Source: a virus
Taxonomy: Duplodnaviria > Caudoviricetes
Virus record (IMG/VR): IMGVR_UViG_3300035164_000339
Coordinates: 1-50,650 of that record
Strand: one strand, 5' to 3'
Length of the DNA stretch: 50,650 nt
Shown here piece after piece: positions 9,897-20,084 of the stretch. Every line of letters begins with the position of its first letter. Position 1 is the stretch's first letter. Position numbers and translations under genes: made by a program. The notes beneath the pieces were generated by a model. It made no database searches. It was not told the DNA's origin and saw nothing but the letters and a program-made list of their open reading frames with translations.

Positions 9897-11902
9897 TATG
9901 CAAGAATACCCCCCGGTCTTTTTTGTTGTATTAATTCAGATTGTATTGCTGCTGCTATAACTTCTCCAAGCTGACGGCCTCCATCACCATCACCTTCAAC
10001 AGAGCTACCAGAAGCATCAACATTTACAGTTATATTACCAGCGCCACCACCCTGTGCAATAACACCTAACTTACCACCACGACCACGTTTCAAAGGCATG
10101 ACCGCCTCCGGGCCGGCCTCGCCCATGATGCCTAAATTAGATCCTCCATATTTAAAATATGTGGGTGAATTAACAACGCCTCCTTTGCGATAAGGAACAA
10201 CACCATTAGCTGCAAATGCATTTCCGTTTGCACTAAATAAACCTTCTATAAATCCTGTAAATGGTTTCATTATCGCTTGTCTAATTGCAATTCTTGCCAT
10301 ATCAGCCAAAATTGATCTAGTTAAATCAGCAAAGTTTAATTTACCTGTCATCACAAAATTAACTAATGCATCTTCCATTTTTTGAAAAGCATTATTAACC
10401 GCTCCAGCAGTTTCTTCTGCAAAACTTTTAATTGTGTCGTAATATTTTTTTGCGCCTTGAGCTATCCCACCTAATTCTTTATCGCCTGTGTTTGTTCCAT
10501 CTCCTGTTCCGCCCCCTGCTCCATCTGCTGTTCCGTCATCTGTTGGATTTTCATTATAAAAATTAGTTAAATTAAGCAAAGCTCTATTTCTTTGTTGCAA
10601 AGCACGATCTAATGTTTTACCAGACTGACCTCTTCTTATCATCAATGTTACTTTGTCATTTGCTTTTCTAAATGTATCTTCTAAATTTTGTCTTTGGTTT
10701 TCTTTACCGATTCCCATAAATTTTTTAAAAGCAGTTATAGCTTTATTTATATCTTCGACAATCGCAGAAAATGTTTTTTGAAATCCAGCACCAATAGGCA
10801 ATAGTAAAGAACCAATATTATCTTTTAATTCTGATATAGCTGTTGTTAATCTATCCCCAGCAGCTTCTGGGCCTTTTGCAAGAATTTTTGCATTTTCGCC
10901 ATAAGTTGCAAATAATTTCTTTGCAAACTTCATAAAGTCATTAAGCGTGACCTTACCTTGCTCTAATGCCTTATCTAACATTGCTGGAGTCATGTCCATA
11001 GAATCAGCAAACAAAGTAAATGCGCCAGGTAAGCGTTCACCGAGTTGTTGTCTGAGTTCCTCGGCCGATACTTTACCTTTTGAGAACACCTGACTTGTCG
11101 CTCGCATGGCAGCCTTCATGTCTTCCAAGTTTCCACCAGTACCTCTAATACCAGCAGCAATAGCAGCAAATACTTCTTCAGCATCAGCAACTGATTGTCC
11201 AGCACCAACAACTGAGGCAGTTAATGAGGTAAATTGTCTTGTTATTACATCCTGTGGTATCGCTAATTCTCTAGATGTCTTTAATAAGAATTTTTGTGCA
11301 TTATTGTATTTACCAGTATCGTTTATAACTAGCCTCAATGCTTTTCTTTGTAGACCTAGAGCCGCAGAATATTGTGCTAGTTCAGATATTTGCTGTCTAA
11401 CCATTCCAACTTGTGCGCCAATTGCAGCACCGACAGCAGCACCAGCAGGGCCGCCAACCTTTAGACCAATTGCGCCACCAACTGCACCTTCTGGGCCTCC
11501 AAAGATACCACCAGCAGCTATAGCTCCAGCGCCTTTAGCAAGACCTTTTAATCTACCTTTTAACCCACCAGCACCACCTCCACCAGAGGCTTGCTTCATC
11601 TTTTGATCCAATAAAGCAATATCTTTGGTTAACTGTTTAAATTCATTACCAGTAACGTCTGCCATATTACGCAAACCTTGCAAAGCAGTTTTCTGTGCTT
11701 GCATACTGTTAATACTATTTCCAGTTGCTTTATTAACAGCTAATAATTGGGTTTTTACCTTTTGTAATTGCTTATCACTTAAACTTCCAAAATTCTTTTT
11801 TAATACACCAGCCTCTCTTCCTAATCTTTTAAAAGCTTTAGCTACTTGTGCATCACCACCAGCTTGAAATTTTATACCAACTACTGTTACCGACTCAGCC
11901 AT
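9896..11902 (-). CDS. Tape measure protein
   Basis: 668 aa, Ala/Gly-rich; SQVFSKGKVSAEELRQQLGERLPG domain; MGEAGPEAVMPL; ends QKRPGGIL. Confidence 0.93.
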   Translation of the reverse strand: MAESVTVVGIKFQAGGDAQVAKAFKRLGREAGVLKKNFGSLSDKQLQKVKTQLLAVNKATGNSINSMQAQKTALQGLRNMADVTGNEFKQLTKDIALLDQKMKQASGGGGAGGLKGRLKGLAKGAGAIAAGGIFGGPEGAVGGAIGLKVGGPAGAAVGAAIGAQVGMVRQQISELAQYSAALGLQRKALRLVINDTGKYNNAQKFLLKTSRELAIPQDVITRQFTSLTASVVGAGQSVADAEEVFAAIAAGIRGTGGNLEDMKAAMRATSQVFSKGKVSAEELRQQLGERLPGAFTLFADSMDMTPAMLDKALEQGKVTLNDFMKFAKKLFATYGENAKILAKGPEAAGDRLTTAISELKDNIGSLLLPIGAGFQKTFSAIVEDINKAITAFKKFMGIGKENQRQNLEDTFRKANDKVTLMIRRGQSGKTLDRALQQRNRALLNLTNFYNENPTDDGTADGAGGGTGDGTNTGDKELGGIAQGAKKYYDTIKSFAEETAGAVNNAFQKMEDALVNFVMTGKLNFADLTRSILADMARIAIRQAIMKPFTGFIEGLFSANGNAFAANGVVPYRKGGVVNSPTYFKYGGSNLGIMGEAGPEAVMPLKRGRGGKLGVIAQGGGAGNITVNVDASGSSVEGDGDGGRQLGEVIAAAIQSELIQQKRPGGILA

Positions 11903-11903
11903 A

Positions 11904-12251
11904 TTATTTAGTTTCCTTATTTAATTCTTTCAAGGCAGTAGCTTCCATAATTTGGATCTCTTCTAAGATTTTAGACCTTTCTGTAATATTGTAAAGGTCA
12001 AACAGACCTCCTTGCATAAGAAGTATCTCATACTTTAATCCTACTAAACCACCAAAAGAAGTACTCCATTGTGTCTGCATATTACAGAAAATCATTAATG
12101 CATCCCAATTATCATCTAAAACTTCAAAATCTTTTTCTTTCTTCTTTTCTTGCGGCAGTTCTATGCCAAATGCTTTTGCATCATCTTGGGTTTGGTCAAT
12201 TACCTCCTTTCCAGAGCCTAACCAATAAAGAACTGCCTCTTTTAGTTTTTT
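11904..12251 (-). CDS. -1 frame extension of the tail assembly chaperone (gpGT-like)
   Basis: -1 frame open from the slippery site (LKEAVLYWLGSG...NWDALMIFCNMQTQW...GLKYE) to the stop at 11904. Confidence 0.8.
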   Translation of the reverse strand, partial: KKLKEAVLYWLGSGKEVIDQTQDDAKAFGIELPQEKKKEKDFEVLDDNWDALMIFCNMQTQWSTSFGGLVGLKYEILLMQGGLFDLYNITERSKILEEIQIMEATALKELNKETK

Positions 12252-12577
12252 ACTTTTTCGTCTATAAGAGATGCGGTGTATGAGTTAGAAACTGCCTTTA
12301 ACCAGTAAGAATCCTCCATCATATCTTTTAGATTTTGGTTATTAAAGGGTATATCTTCACCATCTTCTTCTTTCATCTGCTCCCATCCTACAAGCATCAT
12401 TTTCATCATTTCAAATTCTGTTTTTTCCTCAACTGCTTTTTGATACTCGCTTACTTTTAGTCTTTTAAAAACAGCAATAAACTCACTTTCATCAAAAACT
12501 CCAGCATCAGTAGCACTTGGTTCACGAACAACAACAGGCCATTTAAATGTTTTGTTCTTTTTTCTTACAAAAGCCAT
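12242..12577 (-). CDS. Tail assembly chaperone (gpG-like)
   Basis: Between tail tube and tape measure; ends VKN* on a slippery heptamer. Confidence 0.85.
   Translation of the reverse strand: MAFVRKKNKTFKWPVVVREPSATDAGVFDESEFIAVFKRLKVSEYQKAVEEKTEFEMMKMMLVGWEQMKEEDGEDIPFNNQNLKDMMEDSYWLKAVSNSYTASLIDEKVKN
12245..12251 (-). other. -1 ribosomal frameshift heptamer A AAA AAC
   Basis: X XXY YYZ pattern immediately before the gpG stop; -1 frame open. Confidence 0.8.
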
Positions 12578-12629
12578 AAAGTGTAGAAATAAATATACTT
12601 CTACACTTTAGCGGCAAAGTCAACATTCG

Positions 12630-13565
12630 TTAAGTGTAGATAATCGAGAACTCATCGTTACCAGATGTACTTGGTACTAGTGTGTATGGTATTTCTAAAC
12701 TTGCTATACCATCAATATCCCCATAATTGACATCACCTATATCAACTTTAGAAGATGTAAATTGAACAATGTTTCCAGCAGCAGTTCCGTGAGTGAACTG
12801 TAAATTACCTAGAGAAGTATCAGTTAAAGCGGCAGCAAAAAAGTCTTTCTGTGAAAGTGTTGGTGCTTCAATAGTTACAGTTCCAGAAGCCTGTCTATCT
12901 ACTAGAAGAACCTGTTTTGTACCTCCAACAAGCTCTTGATAAATCAATTCATTGCCTAGATCAAAAGTTACAGATTGCAATGCACCAGCATATGACAATA
13001 ACTGGAAGCTTGATGTATTACCATTTTTAAAGATAAGAGGTTCATCCTGTGCGCCGTATGAAACTGTTGGAAGCGCGCTATCATCAGGAGCTACATATAT
13101 GCCCTGCATAGTAAAGTTTAGAACTGGAATTTGACCTACCTCGGCTGATAATTCTACAGTTCCTCTTGCCCCGGTCACTTTATGCCTTACACCATCTATG
13201 TTGTAGTGAATAGTAACGCTTGAAAAAGAACTTGAAACTGGTGCGTAAGTAACTCGTGTATTTGCCACAACAGTCTCTGACATACCACACGCCTTGAGGG
13301 CATCTCCATATCTAGGCGCTGTCCCGGCTGTTCCCGATCCGCATAGTTCTACCGCAAATGTACATTCGACTCTTGTATTTGCTAGAAGCTGCTCCGATGC
13401 TCCTAAATATGGTCTGATAAGTTCTCTACTTACAACATCACTTGATTGTGGTGTTATAGAAAGATCTCTTACGAGAACAGCGTCAGCAGCAACTATAGTC
13501 GGATCAGTTCCGTAGCTACTTTCGGCCTCGATTAGAATTACTCTTTTTCTTGTCAGCAATGCCAT
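12630..13565 (-). CDS. Major tail tube protein
   Basis: 311 aa; ESSYGTDP N-terminus; position between tail terminator and chaperone. Confidence 0.85.
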   Translation of the reverse strand: MALLTRKRVILIEAESSYGTDPTIVAADAVLVRDLSITPQSSDVVSRELIRPYLGASEQLLANTRVECTFAVELCGSGTAGTAPRYGDALKACGMSETVVANTRVTYAPVSSSFSSVTIHYNIDGVRHKVTGARGTVELSAEVGQIPVLNFTMQGIYVAPDDSALPTVSYGAQDEPLIFKNGNTSSFQLLSYAGALQSVTFDLGNELIYQELVGGTKQVLLVDRQASGTVTIEAPTLSQKDFFAAALTDTSLGNLQFTHGTAAGNIVQFTSSKVDIGDVNYGDIDGIASLEIPYTLVPSTSGNDEFSIIYT

Positions 13566-13680
13566 CAGTTTTTACCTCAATTGATGTCTCAGGTGGATTT
13601 GTTTGTTGGATAAGTGTAAGCTCTCCTGTCTCTGGATCAAGAAGGAAAGTTCCACCCTCGCCTTGGTGTTCATTACTCAT
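13516..13680 (-). CDS. Small hypothetical protein (54 aa)
   Basis: Read by hand: MSNEHQGEGGTFLLDPETGELTLIQQT...; fills the gap in the operon. Confidence 0.55.
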   Translation of the reverse strand: MSNEHQGEGGTFLLDPETGELTLIQQTNPPETSIEVKTDGIADKKKSNSNRGRK

Positions 13681-13721
13681 AATAATCGGTCGGGGTTGTT
13701 AGGGTTCATGTTACAAAAGAA

Positions 13722-14150
13722 TTATGTAGTTAAACTGTTATATGTAGTTCGATATGAAATATCAAACTCGCAACCTATCACCCCTGCTGGTTGATCAGCT
13801 TCTAATATTTCAAAACTAGTTGTCGATGGTCTTACGTCAGTAGCTAATCCACCAACAGATGGGTCAGTTAAAACTTTAGTATGTAAACTTTCTATGGTAG
13901 GGTCTGCAACTTGATCTGGGATTGTACCTCTTACTACAACAGATATTCTTATTTTAAATTCCCAATTAACTTTATTATTAAAAGCCTGTGTGTCTTCTGG
14001 TGTATCGCTAATCGGCTCTATAATAAGCGCTGGAGTTTCTGATCTTGTTAAAGCCTCGGCTCTAGATCTATAAATCCTAGTGCCTACTCCAACAGTATTA
14101 GCAAGACTTGTTGTAATAGCTGCTAATATGCGCTCTCTTTTTGTTGCCAT
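13722..14150 (-). CDS. Tail terminator (gpU-like)
   Basis: RERILAAI...RIYRSR...PAL...YRT pattern and position. Confidence 0.75.
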   Translation of the reverse strand: MATKRERILAAITTSLANTVGVGTRIYRSRAEALTRSETPALIIEPISDTPEDTQAFNNKVNWEFKIRISVVVRGTIPDQVADPTIESLHTKVLTDPSVGGLATDVRPSTTSFEILEADQPAGVIGCEFDISYRTTYNSLTT

Positions 14151-14151
14151 A

Positions 14152-14430
14152 TCAAACCTTCAATAAAGATATTTTACTTAATGTACCATCATCAATTTTT
14201 CTTACATTTCTAACTTTATATTTAACACTACTTATTGTTATTTCTGTATCAAATGCCAAAGTTCCAAGATCACTAGTTTTAACTGTTAATTCATAATCAG
14301 TAGTTAAAACTACTCCATCAGCTATAAGTTCATCTGGTTGCTCAAAAATACCTTTATAGATAACGCCATCATATATAACTTCATCAGAGAAATCTGAAAA
14401 GAATGTATTTATATCTTCTGTAAAAGCCAT
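14152..14430 (-). CDS. Head closure / head-tail joining protein (gpFII-like)
   Basis: 92-aa beta-rich protein ending DDG...L; position. Confidence 0.7.
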   Translation of the reverse strand: MAFTEDINTFFSDFSDEVIYDGVIYKGIFEQPDELIADGVVLTTDYELTVKTSDLGTLAFDTEITISSVKYKVRNVRKIDDGTLSKISLLKV

Positions 14431-14433
14431 GAG

Positions 14434-14459
14434 AAAAAAAAAGCCCTCAAAAGAGGGCT
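14434..14459 (-). terminator. Intrinsic terminator after the head genes
   Basis: AGCCCTC-N4-GAGGGCT stem followed by a T run on the minus strand. Confidence 0.8.
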
Positions 14460-14467
14460 ATATATAT

Positions 14468-14851
14468 TTAACCGTACTTTTTAAGACCAACTAAGTTGAT
14501 ACTAAAAGTAAATGTTGGAGATGATCCACCGATTGTTTGAACAATCTTGATGTAACGCTTGCATTCGTCTTTATTAATTGCAAGTGTTTGCATTGAAGCA
14601 GATCCTGTTACCTGAGTAAAAGTAGCGCCAGATAAATCTGTATATGTACCACTTGAGGCATCAGATTCAGTAATTTTAATATCTAATGTTGGACTAGAAC
14701 CGCCACCAGCAGCACTATCCAAAATCAGCATTACATCTCCATCATATTGGAGAAGATCTATTGCACTAGATGTAGCTGTGCTTGTTACAGCAGCAGTAGC
14801 AACACCAGCAACAACAGTAAGTTTTTCTAAGTTCTGTTGAATAACAGACAT
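14468..14851 (-). CDS. Putative capsid decoration/cement protein
   Basis: 127 aa beta-rich, IDL..Y, KRYIK motifs; downstream of capsid. Confidence 0.6.
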   Translation of the reverse strand: MSVIQQNLEKLTVVAGVATAAVTSTATSSAIDLLQYDGDVMLILDSAAGGGSSPTLDIKITESDASSGTYTDLSGATFTQVTGSASMQTLAINKDECKRYIKIVQTIGGSSPTFTFSINLVGLKKYG

Positions 14852-14867
14852 TTTAAGATTCCTCCTG

Positions 14868-15185
14868 TTAAGAAATATACGCCTCTAATTCTGCAATTAG
14901 AGTAGTTTTGTTTTGTCTCTTATCGAGTTCTAACCCAAGAGTGCGACCATAAGCTTCTAGTTGCGCTTTAGTCATTTGAGAAAAGTCAACTTCGTCACTA
15001 TCGGAAGACTCTGGCTCGACAACTGGTTCTTTACTGGCAATAGGAGCCTCACAAACCTCTACAGCTAGTTCAGCTTTTTCTACTGCTATTAAATAACTAC
15101 CAGCTTGCTCTGTAACATCAACGATAGTGCCAGCACTCGTAGGAGTGCCAGCTATCATTGTTGCTCTTAGCAATTTAACCTTCAT
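14868..15185 (-). CDS. Head-associated protein with C-terminal Rho-N/HeH-like helical motif
   Basis: MTKAQLEAYGRTLGLELDKRQNKTTLIAEL. Confidence 0.6.
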   Translation of the reverse strand: MKVKLLRATMIAGTPTSAGTIVDVTEQAGSYLIAVEKAELAVEVCEAPIASKEPVVEPESSDSDEVDFSQMTKAQLEAYGRTLGLELDKRQNKTTLIAELEAYIS

Positions 15186-15186
15186 A

Positions 15187-17937
15187 CTATGTTCCGAAAG
15201 AGAACGCAGTTGGTTGTTTCACGGCGAAATCTACGTCTTGTAACGCGATTATTCTTACACTACCGCTTGTTGCGTTTGCGTATGGATCTACTGTTAGATC
15301 TAAACCAGACCACATACCAATTACAAACTGTGAGAAGTCTCCGAAGAGTACATCATTGTTTGCAAGCTGGTTAGAAACAATAGCTGGATAGCCGTTAATT
15401 TCGTTGTTCTCAAATACAAACTGTCCTGTGTTTGTAGCCTTTTCTGTTGACTTCAAAGCACCTCTAGCAGAAGCGTTTATTAGGTAGAACATATTAGCTA
15501 CATCAGCGTTTGCTGCTGCAACATCTGTCTCAAGCGCAATATATTCGGCAAATGTACCAAATGTAGTGATTGTTGATGTACCTACGCCAGTTGTATCTTT
15601 GATACCTAATGGCTCGTTAGAACTTCCAGAGCCGTAAATTGCTGCGTTATCTAACTTAGTAGCAATAACCTTCGCAATATCATCTCTAATCATTGCCTCA
15701 ACGTCTATAGATGACTGAAGAAGTAATCTGCGAGAGTAGTCAACAAATGCACCAATTGTCTTAGGTGTCATGTTGACCTGATCAAAAGCTTGCTGACTTT
15801 CTGTTGGAGCGCCAGACTCACCCACGAAATACGCAGTCGATGTAGATGTCATCCTGGGTATTGATACATTACCAGACAATCCAGTAAGCATTGTTGGGTT
15901 GGTTGCCATCACAGCCATTCTCTTTCTGAGAATGTCAATGAATGATCCAGCAAGTAGTTCTGTAGCAACTAAGTTACCACCAGCAGTTGCTGTACCTACA
16001 GTTAAGTCTCTTCTTAAAACTTCGTTAGGAACAAGAATTCCATTTGCTGGCTTCTCATACTTCTTAGAAGCTGCATCAGAAACTTCTCTCTCGAAAGCTG
16101 CTGCTTCTTGTGCAGCGCGATCTGTTGGGTTTGCTAGAGCGTTTAATGCTCTTAAGAAAGAGAAACGCTTTACTTCTTTTTGGTCTAAGCCAACATCGTT
16201 TTGTGTCATGTCTGTTGAACGAATGGGTGTATTACGAACCTCTGCCTTGTTTTTAACAAGATCGAGGATTGCTGCTTTAGCTTCTTCGGGAGTTTTATTT
16301 CCCTTAATTAGTGTGTCAGCAAGCTCTTCTGCTCCATACTTTCCAAACTCACGACATAACGAAGTGATTGATGCTGTACGAGCATTATTTTCATCAATAG
16401 CACGTTGAATTTCGGCTTTGATGTCGATATCAACGGATTTCTCCGCCTCAACCGCAGTTTCTTTAGTTGATTCTTCCATAGTACGAACCGAGGGTGATGC
16501 GGATACTTCCGCAGAATTTATCTCCTCTTGAGGAGACTTATCTTCTATATTAATACTATTACCTTGTGAGGGTTCTATCAAACTTCTTCCTATTCCAATT
16601 GTGGGATCCGCCGGGACAGTTACAACTGATAATTCGTGGACAGACCAGTTAGTTGCGCGCATCCCATCTTCCATTTCTTCCATATCATTTATCTGATAAC
16701 CAAAAGAAATACCGCGTAAAATACCATCTTTAACGTCTTCTAAGACCTCAGAAGCAAATTTATTGCGTGAAAAGCGAATTTTAGCGTATCCGCGCTTGGT
16801 TGTAGGATCAATTTCCGCACTTTCCACTACCCCTATGGGTTTGTTCATATCGTGATTAAACAAGACAGCACCGCCATCGTTTAGTCGAGATAAATCTGCT
16901 GCGCCCTCATCGTGGCTTAACACTTCGTTACCAAAATACCTTTTAACAGGATATTCAGAGCTAAATGGAAACTCAAATGTTCTGGATTTCACATTTTTGA
17001 AGTCCGTAACTTCTTTACGCTCAAATTTATCTCCAACATCAATCGCTCTAATATCGGCAATTTTTGTAAGTGCCGAAAATCGATGCCCTGCATAAATATC
17101 AGTAGACTCACCATCTCTGTAAACCTGTATCAAAGCAGCAGGGTCATCTGGTGTGCCATTAATTACGAAAGAACTGCTAGGAACATCTATTTTTCCATCG
17201 CGTACAATTCTTGTAATTTTTCCCCTAGCTCGACCTCCACTAGCGTTCCAAGATACAAAGTCACCTGTTTTTAAAGCATCTGGCTCTGCTCTTTCTACCT
17301 TTTGAATTTCTTCAGTCATAGTTTTTTCATTGGTGGCTGGTTCAAATTTAATTGGATCGAATTCGTTTTCTTCGAGCCAATCTAAAGCCTGAGATGATGA
17401 ATACTGAGTCAGTCTAAATCGAATTGATTGTAGTTCTGCTCCCTCTTCATTATCCTTTATACCAAAAATATAGTCTATACCCTCGCCTCTTTCATCATTT
17501 GACCTTCTAAATGTATCAAATTGGTCAGAATTAACGATTGTTGCTGCGTGTTCATTTGGATATGGTCTTGCCATTTCGATAACTTCTGCCCTTTCTCTTG
17601 CTTTTTTAATTGCAGCAGCTTTTCCTCGACTCCAGCTAAATCCAGCATCTCCTCCCCAGGCCGCCCATGACACTCTTCCTTTTGACGGATATCCTTTTTC
17701 TCCTTTTCTAAAACCCTCTGCTTTTTTATCGACTTCATGGCGGCTAAAAAAACTAAACATACGGACTACAACGTCTGCGGATAGTTCTCTACCACTAATT
17801 ATTTGACTAGCTCTTACTGCCGCTACTTGCGTACCACCAGCCTGACCTTCCTCTTTCCACGCTTTGTACCTTTTAGCTTCTGTAACCATTCCTTGAGTTG
17901 GTTTGAGGTTGATCTCTGTGCCACTAACATTTGCCAT
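15187..17937 (-). CDS. Polyprotein: extra N-terminal domains + HK97 prohead protease + scaffold + major capsid protein
   Basis: LFNHD, ISFGY, ELSVVTVPAD (protease); FSFLRA, GGNLVATE, FGDFSQ (HK97-fold capsid). Confidence 0.92.
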   Translation of the reverse strand: MANVSGTEINLKPTQGMVTEAKRYKAWKEEGQAGGTQVAAVRASQIISGRELSADVVVRMFSFFSRHEVDKKAEGFRKGEKGYPSKGRVSWAAWGGDAGFSWSRGKAAAIKKARERAEVIEMARPYPNEHAATIVNSDQFDTFRRSNDERGEGIDYIFGIKDNEEGAELQSIRFRLTQYSSSQALDWLEENEFDPIKFEPATNEKTMTEEIQKVERAEPDALKTGDFVSWNASGGRARGKITRIVRDGKIDVPSSSFVINGTPDDPAALIQVYRDGESTDIYAGHRFSALTKIADIRAIDVGDKFERKEVTDFKNVKSRTFEFPFSSEYPVKRYFGNEVLSHDEGAADLSRLNDGGAVLFNHDMNKPIGVVESAEIDPTTKRGYAKIRFSRNKFASEVLEDVKDGILRGISFGYQINDMEEMEDGMRATNWSVHELSVVTVPADPTIGIGRSLIEPSQGNSINIEDKSPQEEINSAEVSASPSVRTMEESTKETAVEAEKSVDIDIKAEIQRAIDENNARTASITSLCREFGKYGAEELADTLIKGNKTPEEAKAAILDLVKNKAEVRNTPIRSTDMTQNDVGLDQKEVKRFSFLRALNALANPTDRAAQEAAAFEREVSDAASKKYEKPANGILVPNEVLRRDLTVGTATAGGNLVATELLAGSFIDILRKRMAVMATNPTMLTGLSGNVSIPRMTSTSTAYFVGESGAPTESQQAFDQVNMTPKTIGAFVDYSRRLLLQSSIDVEAMIRDDIAKVIATKLDNAAIYGSGSSNEPLGIKDTTGVGTSTITTFGTFAEYIALETDVAAANADVANMFYLINASARGALKSTEKATNTGQFVFENNEINGYPAIVSNQLANNDVLFGDFSQFVIGMWSGLDLTVDPYANATSGSVRIIALQDVDFAVKQPTAFSFGT

Positions 17938-17939
17938 AG

Positions 17940-19493
17940 TTAACTAGACTTTTTACGTTTTCTAGATCTTGCTGGTTGTTCTGGTTGTGGGATATCAAGA
18001 GATAACTGACCCATCTCCACTTCGAGATCTAGATCTTTATCTAATGTTACACCTAATGACTTAGCAACCTCTTGCTCCCTTGCTATCTCAGAAACAATAT
18101 CATCGTAATCACCACCATTAGTCTGTGCTATAACTTGTGATTTTGTCATGTAACCAGCCTGTTCAGCTTCGCGATAAGCTCGGATCTCCTTCAAAGGATC
18201 AACATAGTGTTGTGCTGGTGGAGTCCATCTTGGCTTGCAATAGCGTTTGGAATTAGATGCGTAATCAGGGAAATCAATAACTCCTGATAAAACCGCAAGA
18301 TCTAACCACTCTTTAAATACTCGGTAGTGAAAATTATCAATTATATATTTCTGACAAAACTTCCAATGTTCTCTATCTTCCAACAAACTTAATCTTGAGC
18401 TTGAATAGTTAGTTTCCGAAAAGTCTTTACTAATTGTTTCAAAGCTGCACCCAATTCCGGTTGCAAAACGCCTAATTTTGTTTTTTACAAACATCTCATA
18501 TTGCTGACTTGGATAATCAATGTCAGGAACAGTAACAGATTCGTTAGGCATAAGATAACGAAAAGTACCAGGCTCAAAGGATTGTATGCGCTGATGGTTT
18601 TCGACATCGTCACCAATTAACTCTCCTTGGTCATTCTGTATAAATCCCATTATACTTGCACCGGCTCTTGCTCTAATAACAGCAGCCTCTTCGTAACCTT
18701 GTAATTGGTGCATATCAGCCATAACACTATGAAACCAAGGCACACCTCTGTTTTGGCCGGGTCTTTCTGGTAAGAATAGGTGAATAATATCTTCTGCTGG
18801 TATAAAGATATGCAGCTTTCGGTTTGCAGAATAATCGAGATAGTATGCATCACCGGGATGTTTAGTAAGTATTGCATAGCGTAAGGCTCTACCCCATTCA
18901 TCAACTTCTACACCATTACGCCACTCATTGTTTTTATTAAGTGTTTTACCATCATATTCCTCATCTAATAAATCACTTTCTATTATTTGTAAAGCAAGTG
19001 GCACTTCTGAATTGCCAAATGGTTTTCTAACAATTCTAAAAATAGCCTCACCTGATTCACATAATGCACCAGCAGCAAGCCATTCAAATTGATGAAAACT
19101 ATATTTACCAGCGCAATCACAACTATCTGCCTGTGTCCATTCTGACCACGCCTCTTCAATAATATTATTAACTCTTTGATCTCTTTTGCCACCTCGTTGC
19201 TGTACAACAAGAGACTGAAATTTCATACCTGTACCAACAATATTTATTTGTGTAGTACGTTTTGCTTGTCTAGCATAAGGATTGTTTCTTACTAATTCTC
19301 TTGATCTATCTCTTAGCTTACGCAAACTATTCCGTATTTCGGCATCGGCGCTCAACTGGCTACTCATCCAATCAGAAGTAAGCCTAGAAACTAATGCTCC
19401 TTGATATGCGCGTAAATTTTTTAAAGGATTAGCATTTCTGCCAAAACCTAAAACACGTTTTACCGCTGTGCTTATGTTTGATCTGATTCCCAT
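17940..19493 (-). CDS. Portal protein, lambda family
   Basis: LRDRSRELVRNN, NGVEVDEWGR, RPGQNRGVPW, NYSSSR, VDPLKE. Confidence 0.95.
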   Translation of the reverse strand: MGIRSNISTAVKRVLGFGRNANPLKNLRAYQGALVSRLTSDWMSSQLSADAEIRNSLRKLRDRSRELVRNNPYARQAKRTTQINIVGTGMKFQSLVVQQRGGKRDQRVNNIIEEAWSEWTQADSCDCAGKYSFHQFEWLAAGALCESGEAIFRIVRKPFGNSEVPLALQIIESDLLDEEYDGKTLNKNNEWRNGVEVDEWGRALRYAILTKHPGDAYYLDYSANRKLHIFIPAEDIIHLFLPERPGQNRGVPWFHSVMADMHQLQGYEEAAVIRARAGASIMGFIQNDQGELIGDDVENHQRIQSFEPGTFRYLMPNESVTVPDIDYPSQQYEMFVKNKIRRFATGIGCSFETISKDFSETNYSSSRLSLLEDREHWKFCQKYIIDNFHYRVFKEWLDLAVLSGVIDFPDYASNSKRYCKPRWTPPAQHYVDPLKEIRAYREAEQAGYMTKSQVIAQTNGGDYDDIVSEIAREQEVAKSLGVTLDKDLDLEVEMGQLSLDIPQPEQPARSRKRKKSS

Positions 19494-20077
19494 TAGATTG
19501 CTCCGTTAAAACGTACAAATGTAGCTCTTGGATTGCCAAGACCATTAGCAATCATTTCTGCTTGTTTTTCCCTAACAAGCTCTGCTTTATATCTACTCTC
19601 AAGCATGAGTAACTCTTTTAATTCATATTTCTTTGCAGATCTTGTTCCAATCTTATATTCCTGTACAACACCACCACTAATAATTGTTCTTATAGCTGTT
19701 TGTATAGTTTCTAAATCTTTTTCAACTTGACTTCTTCCATCATAATTATTTGCAACACCAGAATATTCAAGTGATTTTAATACCTCGAATGATCCTGTAT
19801 ATATTGTTTGTTTTTCATTACCAGACTTATTAGCAACTGCTTGATAGAACCAATCACCAGCAGTAAAAGTTGCTGTTACATTGCTTGCAATAGTGAACTG
19901 AAAGCCATCATTAAAAGCAGAACTATTTATTGTTGCTCCTACTGGCGCTGTATTTGTTCGCAAGTAATAAATAACAGACCAATCTGGACTGCTAATACTA
20001 TTACCAAAGACATCTTGACTAGCTGGTATGCGCCATTGCACATAATCTCCGGCTCTAATAGTTGATGGAAAAGTCAC
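19493..20077 (-). CDS. Head-tail joining gpW-like protein with an N-terminal extension
   Basis: C-terminal EYKIGTRS...L..L...Y pattern; between TerL and portal. Confidence 0.7.
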   Translation of the reverse strand: MTFPSTIRAGDYVQWRIPASQDVFGNSISSPDWSVIYYLRTNTAPVGATINSSAFNDGFQFTIASNVTATFTAGDWFYQAVANKSGNEKQTIYTGSFEVLKSLEYSGVANNYDGRSQVEKDLETIQTAIRTIISGGVVQEYKIGTRSAKKYELKELLMLESRYKAELVREKQAEMIANGLGNPRATFVRFNGAI

Positions 20078-20084
20078 GTTTTAA

